Shown: positions 1 through 8,588, counted from the stretch's first letter. The stretch is DNA of 16,148 nt from Bdellovibrionia bacterium (GCA_045805065.1 JBJMMA010000133.1:1-16148), one strand, 5' to 3'. Notes: generated by a model not told the origin, from the sequence alone. Program-made: numbers and translations.

Positions 1-275
1 GCAGCGTCCAGACGTCCAAAAGTTTCGATGGTCTGATCAAGTGCTCGTCGGATATCTTCGGACTTCATCACGTCACATTTGAGAGCAAGTGCGCGGCCAC
101 CAAGCTCTTCAATCCTACTCGCGGTTTGTTGGCTGGCTCGCTCTGATACATCGGTCACTACAACGCTTGCGCCTTCACGCGCAAAAGCAATGGCGGTAGC
201 GCGGCCGATGCCGCTTCCAGTTCCCGTCACAAAAGCTACTTTTCCGACGTATGTTTTACTTGATTGATTTGCCAT
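1..275 (-). CDS. SDR family oxidoreductase, N-terminal part (truncated by left window edge; not in ORF track)
   Basis: Manual translation from ATG at 275: [45 protein letters not shown]...LKCDV...TFGRLDA. It has the TGxxxGIG Rossmann motif. The SD AGGAG overlaps the upstream TAA stop (TAAGGAGAAGATTTATG). Confidence 0.93.
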   Translation of the reverse strand, partial: MANQSSKTYVGKVAFVTGTGSGIGRATAIAFAREGASVVVTDVSERASQQTASRIEELGGRALALKCDVMKSEDIRRALDQTIETFGRLDA

Positions 276-286
276 AAATCTTCTCC

Positions 287-985
287 TTAGTTTTGGACCA
301 GATATCGAATCCACAGCACGTCACCTGGAAGGCGTTTGATCGACTTCAGGCGAAGCGCTTTTGCTTTCCGAGCCGTGTGACCTTTCTCTGCATCAAACAT
401 TGTTGGCGTGCCGATTGATCCATCAGCGATCGGGACAACAATGTGGCTGATCTCATCAATGAGTGAGGCCTTCAGAAACGAGCCCCAGACAAATCCGCCC
501 CCATCAATGCGAACTCTTTTAATTCCAAAGAGGTCTTTCAGTTTTTTGAGAGCAAGCTCCAGGTCGATCGTTTCCTTTCCGGCAAAGATGTAGGAAACCT
601 GTTTATCTTGAAGGTGCTTCAGATAAGCCGTTGATACTTTCTCGGTCAGAACTTCAATGACATGCTCTGTTGAAATCTTATTGGAATCCCATCGGCACTT
701 TCCAGATGGATCGATGGCAACGGCATAGGCCTTGGTCGAGTGACGGCCCACAAAATCCTCTTTTTTGATCGAAGGATCCGGTTTTCCAAGCGGGTGAGCT
801 TTCTTGCTGGAGAACTCTTGCATCGTTGTCCGCCCTACGACCCAGGCATCCGACCTGAACGATTCCGCTGTTTTCTCAAACAAGTCCGCCGAATTGACTT
901 TGGGCCAATTGTGAACCTGAATTCGGCCATCAATTGTACTGAGTGCATGAGCTACGACGTATGGCTTTTTCTGTGCTTTCTTCAT
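287..985 (-). CDS. RibD C-terminal domain / dihydrofolate reductase-like protein
   Basis: Motifs [27 protein letters not shown] and [11 protein letters not shown]. Start placed at 985 (MKKAQK) rather than 1018 because it forms an ATGA overlap with the stop of the upstream SDR (982-985). Confidence 0.88.
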   Translation of the reverse strand: MKKAQKKPYVVAHALSTIDGRIQVHNWPKVNSADLFEKTAESFRSDAWVVGRTTMQEFSSKKAHPLGKPDPSIKKEDFVGRHSTKAYAVAIDPSGKCRWDSNKISTEHVIEVLTEKVSTAYLKHLQDKQVSYIFAGKETIDLELALKKLKDLFGIKRVRIDGGGFVWGSFLKASLIDEISHIVVPIADGSIGTPTMFDAEKGHTARKAKALRLKSIKRLPGDVLWIRYLVQN

Positions 986-1743
986 GGAACTGTTGTTCCT
1001 CCATCGACCACAATGCATTGACCTGTGATGAAGCCAGCCTGGGGGCTACTCAGGTAGATGACAGCGCTCGCAACTTCTTCTGGTTTGCCCGCGCGGCCCA
1101 TCGGAACGGCGGCCGTGAAGACGTCCAGAATATCGGGCTTGTCTTGGACCATTTTATCAATCATCGGAGTCATGATCAGGCCTGGGCATACTGCGTTTAC
1201 GCGGATTCCTTTTTTTGCGTTCTCCAGGGCTGCGCTTTTCGTGAGACCGAGAACTCCGTGTTTGGTCGCATGATACGGGCCCATTCCAGGATTCCCGTTA
1301 ATTCCACCGATGGATGAGTTGTTGACGATGGCTCCGCTTTTTTGTTTTTGCATCTGCTGGAGCTCGTACTTCATGCAGTGCCAGACACCGCGTAAGTTGA
1401 TATCTAATACTCGGTTGAACTCTTCCGTGGTTACGTCCTGCGTTTCTTTATAGGGAATTTGGATGCCGGCGTTATTAAATGCGAGATCCAAGGAGCCGAA
1501 GGTATCAACCGTTTTCTTGACCGCGTCTGCGACTTGCTTCTCATTGGCGACATCACATTGAATCGCGACAGCCTTTTGCCCATAAGCGTTGATCGACTTC
1601 GCTGCGTCGTCAATCGTTGCAAAATTAAAGTCGACAAGCGCAACTGATGCGCCAGCCTCCGCGAATGCCTTCGCGGCTGCGAGACCCATTCCTGATCCTG
1701 CGCCGGTGACAAAGGCCACTTTTCCATTAAATGAGATATTCAT
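982..1743 (-). CDS. SDR family oxidoreductase (glucose 1-dehydrogenase/FabG-like)
   Basis: [17 protein letters not shown], catalytic YHATK (YxxxK), C-terminal [20 protein letters not shown] upstream. Confidence 0.95.
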   Translation of the reverse strand: MNISFNGKVAFVTGAGSGMGLAAAKAFAEAGASVALVDFNFATIDDAAKSINAYGQKAVAIQCDVANEKQVADAVKKTVDTFGSLDLAFNNAGIQIPYKETQDVTTEEFNRVLDINLRGVWHCMKYELQQMQKQKSGAIVNNSSIGGINGNPGMGPYHATKHGVLGLTKSAALENAKKGIRVNAVCPGLIMTPMIDKMVQDKPDILDVFTAAVPMGRAGKPEEVASAVIYLSSPQAGFITGQCIVVDGGTTVP

Positions 1744-1836
1744 CTTCTACTTCTCCTCTTTGTGCAATGCCTCGAGCGTCCGGTGGACGAGACTGGGTTT
1801 TAGTTTGAGATATTCTTAAGACTCACGACACACCAC

Positions 1837-1995
1837 TCAGTGCAAAAACACCGCTAGGGCCGTATGGGTCAAAACGATGCCGCGGGGTGTGGCTCTAATT
1901 GCTGCTGATAGTTGTACGGCTGCGGCATAAAGTCCTCCGGCTGCCTGCTTACTTTGAGGAGCTGGCCTTGCCATCAATCCTCGTAAAATATCCAT
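1837..1995 (-). other. Possible 52-aa small ORF or decayed gene remnant in the operon gap
   Basis: ATG 6 nt after the hydrolase stop, same strand: MDILRGLMARPAPQSKQAAGGLYAAAVQLSAAIRATPRGIVLTHTALAVFLH*. Weak SD and no recognisable motif. Confidence 0.2.
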
Positions 1996-2001
1996 CTCGA
2001 C

Positions 2002-3042
2002 CTACTTCAAGTTCTCTTTGAAAAAGGAGGTCAGCTTATCAAACGGGATGAGATCTACCCTGTCATAGAGATCGACATGACCTGCGCCAGGAACAATCAC
2101 AAGTTCCTTCGGTTGTGCCGCAAGTCTGTATGCTTCTTTGCTGAACTCCTTAGAGTGAGCGTTTTCTCCCGTGATGAACAACATTGGACGTGGGGATATT
2201 GCCTCGATGTCGTTGAAGGGATAGAAATTCATGAATTTGACGTTGCTGGTGAGTGTGGGATGTGTCGTCAGTTTTGACGAGGAACCTTTTGGAGTGAACT
2301 CGCCTCGCGGAGTGCGGTAAAAATCGTAAAACTCACGCTCAATGGGGGTAGAGCTTTCAGTGAGCTTATGTATGGTTCCGCTCGTGTATTTAGTTTCTCC
2401 GCCAGTGAATTCAACATAGCGTTGTTCGGCTGCTTCTTTGATGGTCTCCTTTCTTTTCTCTAGGCTCAGAGAATGCTTGAGGCCATTACGATTGGCTGTG
2501 CCCATGTCATACATGCTTACGGTAGCAATGGCTTTCATTCGCGGATCGATTTTGGCCGCGCTAATAACAAAGCTTCCGCTTCCACAAATTCCAAGGACGC
2601 CGATCCGGTCTCTGTCAATAGAAGCTTGAGTGCCCAAGAAATCGACCGCCGCGCTGAAATCCTCTGCATAGATGTCCGGCGAAACAGCATTCCGAGGTTG
2701 GCCTTCGCTTTCTCCCCAGTAAGATAGGTCCAAGGATAAGGTAACAAAGCCCTGTTCAGCCAATTTGGTGGCATACAGATTGGCACTTTGTTCCTTTACT
2801 GCACCCATAGGGTGTCCGACGACAATGGCGGAGGCTTTTGTGTTTTGCTTTAGGTTCGTGGGAATGAAAAGATTTCCAGCGACCTTCATGTTGTATTGAT
2901 TCTTAAAGGTCACACTCTTGACCGTTACTTTGTCGCTCTTATAAAAGTTGTTGGCACCTCTGGACATGTCTTGTGCCAAGACGGTTGTACTTGTCATAGT
3001 TGATAAACTGATTATCGCGGCGATTCCTTTGGTTTTGATCAT
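2002..3042 (-). CDS. Alpha/beta hydrolase (YcjY/COG1073-like) with predicted Sec signal peptide
   Basis: GHPMGAVKEQ, YWGESEG, nucleophile elbow GICGSG, C-terminal GAGHVDLYD (catalytic His). N-terminus MIKTKGIAAIISLSTMTSTTVLA/QD looks like a signal peptide. SD AGGAGA. Confidence 0.9.
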   Translation of the reverse strand: MIKTKGIAAIISLSTMTSTTVLAQDMSRGANNFYKSDKVTVKSVTFKNQYNMKVAGNLFIPTNLKQNTKASAIVVGHPMGAVKEQSANLYATKLAEQGFVTLSLDLSYWGESEGQPRNAVSPDIYAEDFSAAVDFLGTQASIDRDRIGVLGICGSGSFVISAAKIDPRMKAIATVSMYDMGTANRNGLKHSLSLEKRKETIKEAAEQRYVEFTGGETKYTSGTIHKLTESSTPIEREFYDFYRTPRGEFTPKGSSSKLTTHPTLTSNVKFMNFYPFNDIEAISPRPMLFITGENAHSKEFSKEAYRLAAQPKELVIVPGAGHVDLYDRVDLIPFDKLTSFFKENLK

Positions 3043-3106
3043 GGTGACTGTTCTCCTGCCTGAGCAAAAATATGTCTTTGTTTGCTCTTGATAGTACGCG
3101 GGAGTA

Positions 3107-3145
3107 TTGTGAACAAAAATAGCACTTGGGTTAATGTGCTATTAA
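3107..3145. promoter_or_regulatory. Putative LysR binding region in the divergent promoter
   Basis: Dyad TTAAT-GTGCT-ATTAA (3131-3145, contains T-N11-A) overlaps the inverted repeat AATAGCAC(3118-3125)-N10-GTGCTATT(3136-3143). A candidate minus-strand -10 TACTAT lies at 3096-3091. Confidence 0.55.
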
Positions 3146-3158
3146 TCAGAGGTTAACA

Positions 3159-4064
3159 ATGGACAAGAATCGGTTGGATGGTCTTCTTGCGTTATCACTG
3201 GTCGCTCGGAAGAAAAACTTTACGGCGGCTGCTGAAGAGTTGGGGATTTCGCCGCCAGCTATCAGCAAGATGATCAAGCAGCTTGAAAAGCGAATGGGCG
3301 TCGTACTGCTTTCTCGAACAACGAGAAGCACAAGTCTTACCGAAGCGGGAGAGCGCTTTCTATCGGAGGCTGGGCCCGCACTGGATCAGATCTTGAGCGC
3401 GATGGATCACGCAGGGGCCTACGCCGAAAAGCCATCAGGAGTCTTGAGGATTAATCTTTCAAGATCGATGTATCCCTCATTGATGAGACCGCTGATCACG
3501 AGTTTTGCGAAGACATATCCAGAAGTCACCGTTGAGCTTTTTTTCGATGACGAGCTGTCAGATGTCGTTGAGGGCAGATTTGACGCTGGTATTCGACCAT
3601 CAGAAACGATGGCAAAAGACATGGTGGCGTTGAAGCTTGTGGGTCCGATTCGATACGTTGTTGTTGGTGCCCCTAAATATCTCAATAAGCACGGACGCCC
3701 AAAACATCCGCAGGAGCTTCATTTGCATAACTGCATCCGGATGAGTTTTGGAGAAGGCGACATGTATGACCGTTGGGAATTTGAACATAAGGGAAAGGAT
3801 TTTCAGGTTCAAGTCACGGGAACTTTGATTTTGAATGACACGGCTCTTGCGGTGAATGCGGCATTGGACGGTATGGGTTTGGTTTACACAGCGGAAAATC
3901 TGATCAGCGATGCGATCGCATCTAAAAAGCTGGAAGTGGTGCTTGAGCAATATGCGGCCAAAGACTCGGGATTTTATCTCTATTTTCCAAAAAGATCCCA
4001 GGTTCAGCCTAAGCTTCGGGCATTTATTGAGCACATCAAAAGTGAGCAAAAGACGTTGCGCTAG
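3159..4064 (+). CDS. LysR family transcriptional regulator (PgrR/CrgA/DmlR-like)
   Basis: N-terminal HTH NFTAAAEELGISPPAISKMIKQLE and RTTRSTSLTEAGE; substrate-binding domain with FDAGIR and C-terminal PKLRAFIEH; 301 aa; divergent from the operon. Confidence 0.96.
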   Translation: MDKNRLDGLLALSLVARKKNFTAAAEELGISPPAISKMIKQLEKRMGVVLLSRTTRSTSLTEAGERFLSEAGPALDQILSAMDHAGAYAEKPSGVLRINLSRSMYPSLMRPLITSFAKTYPEVTVELFFDDELSDVVEGRFDAGIRPSETMAKDMVALKLVGPIRYVVVGAPKYLNKHGRPKHPQELHLHNCIRMSFGEGDMYDRWEFEHKGKDFQVQVTGTLILNDTALAVNAALDGMGLVYTAENLISDAIASKKLEVVLEQYAAKDSGFYLYFPKRSQVQPKLRAFIEHIKSEQKTLR

Positions 4065-4114
4065 GTTTGGCCTCAACAATGTCAGGATTCAAGTATGGAC
4101 TGGGTGTGGGCAGT

Positions 4115-4450
4115 TCAGGACTCGGGCGTTGAATGACGGAGCTTCCCAATCAGATCTTCAAGCCCTTGCGGGGGGATCAGTCCCGGCTGCTCAAATACCA
4201 ATTCTGATTTCACAAAGGCCATGATCGTAGGAATCGAGCGAACATGGAACGCTTCCGCAAGATCGGTCGCGACTTCCGTATTCACTTTTCCGAAATAGAT
4301 ATCCGGATGCCTCGCCGCCATTTCTTCGAAAATCGGAGCAAACATCCGACAAGGTCCGCACCATTCCGCCCAGAAGTCCAAAATGACGATTGAGTTGGAA
4401 TCAACGACCGATTCGAAATTAGACATCGTGACTTCATGGGTTTGGCTCAT
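4115..4450 (-). CDS. trxA: Thioredoxin
   Basis: DFWAEWCGPCR active site, SIPT cis-Pro loop, 111 aa. Whether it is the main trxA or a paralog cannot be judged from this window. Confidence 0.93.
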   Translation of the reverse strand: MSQTHEVTMSNFESVVDSNSIVILDFWAEWCGPCRMFAPIFEEMAARHPDIYFGKVNTEVATDLAEAFHVRSIPTIMAFVKSELVFEQPGLIPPQGLEDLIGKLRHSTPES

Positions 4451-4456
4451 GACCGA

Positions 4457-4465
4457 AGTCTAGCA
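4457..4465 (-). promoter_or_regulatory. Extended -10 element (TGCTAGACT) 6 nt before the thioredoxin ATG; candidate leaderless promoter
   Basis: Minus strand reads TGCTAGACT-TCGGTC-ATG, with no SD at normal spacing. Confidence 0.45.
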
Positions 4466-4482
4466 TCACACTCACTTTCGAT

Positions 4483-5352
4483 CTAGAAATCCTTCTCGGC
4501 GCCCATCACGAGGCCCTCGATACTATGTTTTTGTTGGATCGGTTCGAGACGATCCACAATGCGGCACACCAGGTGACGTTTGAGAACCTCGGGCATGGAC
4601 TCATAGAAGTCTTTCGTGACTTGCAGGTCATGAAGTGCGGCATGCCCAGCGCCAGGGGCGTCTACACCCAGAACCACGACGGGGCGTGGAGTCATCGACT
4701 CATGAGCCGTTCCACGATGAATGGTCAGTGCTGAGCGGCAGGAGACATCTCCCATTTTTGGAAAGCTTCGCCTGGCCCGTTCATCGAATCTCTTTGCCAG
4801 TTCACGTGGGGGGAACATCTCGTGTTTCCACTCGCGCCCGTCGTCCCATTGCGTACCCAATGCGATTTCAAAGGGGCCCATGTCCGGAGCGACGTCAACG
4901 CAAGTGAGGTTGAATGCGAGAGAGGTGAGCTTGCGCTGCTCATAAGTTTCTCGAGGTGACGGGAAGTCGCGGTGCCAGGGCTGATACTTCGCCCCTTCGA
5001 ACGGTACGTCAAAGCCAATTTCGACGATTTGGAAATCAGGCCCTAAAACGGCTTCCGATAAGGCAATTACCCAAGGATGGGAGGCGAGATTAACAAATCC
5101 TGAAAGCATTTGCGGATGAACTTCCACATACCAGCGCCGAGGCCCGCGCCCCACAGCGCCACCCGGACGCTGAATGCTTTCCCAGAACGCGGTCATGACA
5201 TCGTTTCGCATACGATGAACCCATTCCTGACTAAAAGCCCCGCGCAAGGCTGTGATTCCGTCAGTGTGCAGTTTTTCGATATCTGAGTGGATGCTGAGTC
5301 CGCTCTCAGATGTCTTGGCAGGTATTTTCGCTCGCTCGGTTGTAGGTTCCAT
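4483..5352 (-). CDS. Phytanoyl-CoA dioxygenase (PhyH) family Fe(II)/2-oxoglutarate dioxygenase
   Basis: QPWHRD (HxD), DMGPFEI, distal TIHRG His followed by the Arg in TPRPVVV; N-terminal LHTDGITALRGAFS; SD GGGAG. Confidence 0.9.
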   Translation of the reverse strand: MEPTTERAKIPAKTSESGLSIHSDIEKLHTDGITALRGAFSQEWVHRMRNDVMTAFWESIQRPGGAVGRGPRRWYVEVHPQMLSGFVNLASHPWVIALSEAVLGPDFQIVEIGFDVPFEGAKYQPWHRDFPSPRETYEQRKLTSLAFNLTCVDVAPDMGPFEIALGTQWDDGREWKHEMFPPRELAKRFDERARRSFPKMGDVSCRSALTIHRGTAHESMTPRPVVVLGVDAPGAGHAALHDLQVTKDFYESMPEVLKRHLVCRIVDRLEPIQQKHSIEGLVMGAEKDF

Positions 5353-5393
5353 TGGATGCTCCCTAAATGCAGGTCGTATTGCTTATAACGTGC

Positions 5394-5409
5394 TGCAAAA
5401 AGGGTTCCG
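5394..5409 (-). promoter_or_regulatory. Possible sigma54 -24/-12 promoter for the PhyH gene
   Basis: Minus strand CGGAACCCTTTTTGCA: exact GG-N10-GC spacing with TTGCA, about 40 nt upstream of the start codon. Confidence 0.35.
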
Positions 5410-5494
5410 CGGTGCGCTTTCGGCAGCCAGCCTAAGTTAGGAGGCGAGGCACTTTAGACGTGGCGCCGAGACTTAAAATGGATAAAACGAAAGA

Positions 5495-6526
5495 ATGAAG
5501 CCCGGCTGGAATCGAATCCCCGCAATCCGTGAACGTCTTCGAGATTTGGGTGCGAACCCTTTGCACGAACGCCTGACCCTATGGGCTTGGCTTCAAGCGA
5601 AGCCACTCAATGCAAGCCGCAAGTCCAAGTATTTTCCGAAGTCGCTTCTTGAGGCATTTCCGGCGATGGAAGAAGAGCTTCGTGCTCTTGCGCGTGTGCG
5701 CTCGGAGCATCGAGGTTCTGACGATTCGGTCCGGATGGTGGTCGATCTGCGCGACGGCAAGGCGATTGAGAGCGTGATTCTTCCTCGCGATGGGGTCTGT
5801 GTTTCAAGCCAGGTGGGGTGCGCGGTCGGTTGCGCGTTTTGCATGACGGGGCGGGGCGGGCTTGAGCGCCAGCTCGGGAGCGCAGAGATCGTAGCTCAAG
5901 TGGTTCTGGCGAGGCGCCTGCGCCCGTCGGTACAGAAGGTTGTGTTTACGGGGATGGGTGAGCCATCCCACAATCTCGATAACGTCCTGGAGGCGATCGA
6001 GCTTCTGGGAACGGAGGGCGGATTTTCGCGGCGCAATCTTGTTTTTTCCACGGTCGGCGATCGTCGCGCGTTCGAGCGTTTGCCTCAAGGCGTGGTCAAG
6101 CCCGCGCTTGCGCTCTCGCTGCACACGACTCGCGCGGATCTCAGACGTGAGCTTCTGCCACGCGCGCCTCGGCTTACGCCTGATGAGCTGGTGGATCTTG
6201 CCGAGGATTATGCGCGCAAAACCGCTCGCCCCATTCAGTATCAGTGGGCGCTGCTCGAAGGAATCAACGACACAGATGAAGAAGTTGAGGGGTTAGTGAG
6301 GCTCCTGAGTGGAAAGTGGATGATCCTCAATATCATTCCGTACAACTCGGTTCCTGACCTTGCTTTCAAAAGGCCCGGGTGGGAGCGCATCGTGGCAATG
6401 ACACGTGCACTGAACACTCGAGGGATCCGCACACGGCTCAGATGGTCAGCAGGCCAGGATGTCGACGGCGGATGTGGGCAGCTCAGGGCCCGAGCACTGA
6501 AGATGATGACTGCGGGAACGGAATAG
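5495..6526 (+). CDS. RlmN/Cfr family radical SAM RNA methyltransferase (RlmN-like paralog)
   Basis: CVSSQVGCAVGCAFC (resolving Cys plus CxxxCxxC), GMGEP, SLH, NIIPYN and GGCGQL (methyl-carrier Cys). YQWALL and SAGQDVDGGCGQL differ from canonical RlmN. Confidence 0.93.
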   Translation: MKPGWNRIPAIRERLRDLGANPLHERLTLWAWLQAKPLNASRKSKYFPKSLLEAFPAMEEELRALARVRSEHRGSDDSVRMVVDLRDGKAIESVILPRDGVCVSSQVGCAVGCAFCMTGRGGLERQLGSAEIVAQVVLARRLRPSVQKVVFTGMGEPSHNLDNVLEAIELLGTEGGFSRRNLVFSTVGDRRAFERLPQGVVKPALALSLHTTRADLRRELLPRAPRLTPDELVDLAEDYARKTARPIQYQWALLEGINDTDEEVEGLVRLLSGKWMILNIIPYNSVPDLAFKRPGWERIVAMTRALNTRGIRTRLRWSAGQDVDGGCGQLRARALKMMTAGTE

Positions 6527-6568
6527 GTATTCGATCATTTTCGCGAAGCTGGCGGCTTGTCTGGTCTC

Positions 6569-6598
6569 TCGACAAACAGGTCCTGTTTTAAGTAATCT
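6569..6598 (+). promoter_or_regulatory. Putative topoisomerase promoter containing a perfect palindromic operator
   Basis: -35-like TCGACA (6569-6574), 18-nt spacer, -10-like TAATCT (6593-6598); palindrome AAACAGG-T-CCTGTTT at 6574-6588. Confidence 0.45.
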
Positions 6599-6607
6599 CA
6601 CGGAGAG

Positions 6608-8560
6608 ATGGCAAAGCTTCTGATTGTGGAAAGCCCTGGAAAACTGAAGACTCTGAGAAAGATCCTCGGGCGAGATTGGATTCTTGAAGCAAGCGTTGGC
6701 CACACGACTGAGCTTGCTCATGATGGCCCAAAGCGGCTGGGCTTTGAGATGAAAGACGGGCGGATCAAAACCCGTTACATCCCTCGCGGTACGCGAGGTA
6801 AGCAGGTACTCGCCAAATTGCGTGAAGCTATCAAGAAGGCCGATCAAGTCTATCTCGCTACCGACCCGGATCGTGAGGGGGAGGCCATCGCCTGGCATCT
6901 TTGTGAGCAGCTGGGCGAGCTGCTTCGACATAAGCGATTTGTCAGGGTTTCTTACACTCAGATTACTGAAAGTGCCGTGAAAGCCGCAATTGCGAACCCG
7001 AGAACTCTGGATCTGCCGCTGATTGAGGCTCAAAGGGCGCGCCAGTGCATGGATAAACTGGTGGGTTATGAGGTGAGTCCTCTTCTCTGGAACTCAACGG
7101 GAGGTCGAAGCGCTGGGCGCGTTCAATCCGCCACTCTGCATTTGATTTGTGAAAGAGAGCGAGCCCGCTTGGCATTCAAGTCGGAAGACTATTGGACCCT
7201 TCAGGCCAAGTACTTCGAAAGCCTCTCGGCGCGCTATGAGCCGGCGCCAAATAGGTTATTGGAAGAATCTGGACGCGTAAAGTCGGAAGTCGAAGCGAAA
7301 CAGATCGCTCAAACAGCGAAAACGGCGCCCCATCAAATTCATAAGATCACAAAACGCGAAGAAAACCGCACGCCGCCTCCACCATTGATCACGAGCTCGC
7401 TTCAACAAGCAGCGGGAATGCGTTTTCGCTATCCTCCACAGAAGACGATGAAGATCGCCCAGGAACTTTACGAAGGGGTGGGAGGAAAAGGACTGATCAC
7501 TTATATGCGAACTGATGCCATCACCTTGTCTCCTGAATTTGTTCAAGAGGCACGCAGCTGGCTTCAAAAAAACGCGCCTGACGCGTTAGCGGATCGCGCA
7601 CCGATTTTCAAGACCCGGGCAGACGCGCAAGGCGCCCATGAAGCAATCCGTCCCACCTCGGTCGAGCTGACTCCCGAAAAAGCTCAAGCGATTTTGAATC
7701 GTGAGCAGCTTGGGGTCTATACTCTGATCTGGGAGCGCGCCGTGGCCAGTCAATGCCGTCCCGCAAGACTTTCACGGACCGAAGTGGAAATTCACGCGGG
7801 GCCGACTCGCTGGATCGCTCGCGGCATGCAAGTACTGGCTCCAGGCTATCTTCGCTTTTGGAGAAACATCCATGATGAGACGGAGCTTCCGCTGCTTAAA
7901 GAGGGGCAAGTGCTTCGCCTGGATACGATTGAAATCAAGAAGAACAAGACGGAGCCTCCTTCACGCTACAGCGAACCCAAGGTGGTTCAGCTCATGGAAA
8001 AGCTTGGGATCGGAAGACCCAGTACCTACGCTTCGACAATCATGACATTGAAAGAACGGGAATACGTCACCTCAGAGAAAGGGCTTTTGGCGCCGACGAC
8101 TCTTGGAATGGCAACCGATGAGGCTTTAGGAAAGGCGATTCCTGAACTCGTTGACGCGAAATTTACCGCTGAGATGGAGGCGTCGCTTGATCGGATTGCG
8201 GAAGGAAGCCTCGACTGGGAGAAGTATCTCTGTGGTTGGAATGAAGGATATCTTCGTCCGGCGCTCACACAGGCACGAGTGGCGTTGACCGGAGTTTCAC
8301 GGGTTGCGCCTAAGGAGCCCTCGGGCTCTGCGAAGCAATTCAAGCGATTCGCGAAGCCTCAGCAACGCTTCCGCAAGAAAGCTCGCTCGCGGTCAAAAAG
8401 CAGTAGCAAGGTTGTCGCGCCGATGGACAGTCCTCCGCAGTGTACCAATGGGCACGGCGCGCTTCAGTCGCGCCTATCCAAGAAGGGGGCTCCTTATTGG
8501 AAATGTGGCCGTTCTGGCTGCGAGAGTTGGGCTTGGCCTGGAAAGTCCAAATCGAGGTAG
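6608..8560 (+). CDS. topA: Type IA DNA topoisomerase (TopA-like, short C-terminus)
   Basis: TOPRIM LIVESPGK and ATDPDREGEAIAWH; SAGRVQS; catalytic Tyr in GLITYMRTD; AHEAIRPT; GIGRPSTYA; FTAEMEASLD. Confidence 0.96.
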   Translation: MAKLLIVESPGKLKTLRKILGRDWILEASVGHTTELAHDGPKRLGFEMKDGRIKTRYIPRGTRGKQVLAKLREAIKKADQVYLATDPDREGEAIAWHLCEQLGELLRHKRFVRVSYTQITESAVKAAIANPRTLDLPLIEAQRARQCMDKLVGYEVSPLLWNSTGGRSAGRVQSATLHLICERERARLAFKSEDYWTLQAKYFESLSARYEPAPNRLLEESGRVKSEVEAKQIAQTAKTAPHQIHKITKREENRTPPPPLITSSLQQAAGMRFRYPPQKTMKIAQELYEGVGGKGLITYMRTDAITLSPEFVQEARSWLQKNAPDALADRAPIFKTRADAQGAHEAIRPTSVELTPEKAQAILNREQLGVYTLIWERAVASQCRPARLSRTEVEIHAGPTRWIARGMQVLAPGYLRFWRNIHDETELPLLKEGQVLRLDTIEIKKNKTEPPSRYSEPKVVQLMEKLGIGRPSTYASTIMTLKEREYVTSEKGLLAPTTLGMATDEALGKAIPELVDAKFTAEMEASLDRIAEGSLDWEKYLCGWNEGYLRPALTQARVALTGVSRVAPKEPSGSAKQFKRFAKPQQRFRKKARSRSKSSSKVVAPMDSPPQCTNGHGALQSRLSKKGAPYWKCGRSGCESWAWPGKSKSR

Positions 8561-8585
8561 TGGGTGAGGATTCGCCCTCCTCGAT
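8551..8585. terminator. Imperfect hairpin between convergent topA and GFA genes; possible terminator
   Basis: ATCGAGG(8551-8557)...CCTCGAT(8579-8585) encloses GGGTGA-ggat-TCGCCC; no strong U-tract. Confidence 0.3.
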
Positions 8586-8588
8586 ATC

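Noticed and set aside
5353..5494. Possible riboswitch or ncRNA between PhyH and the methyltransferase
   Set aside because: Only short imperfect stems; I recognised no aptamer consensus. An Rfam scan would settle it.
5495..6526. Calling the gene cfr (resistance) or canonical rlmN
   Set aside because: The motifs support the family only; subfamily residues differ from canonical RlmN and nothing seen is diagnostic for Cfr.
6446..7033. 195-aa minus-strand ORF, and similar antisense ORFs at 3600-4079, 9687-10163 and 11221-11631
   Set aside because: They lie opposite well-supported genes and have no recognisable motifs.
8380..8400. Similar RSRSK basic patches in the TopA tail and the kinase N-terminus (about 13770)
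   Set aside because: Low-complexity coincidence with no extended nucleotide similarity.
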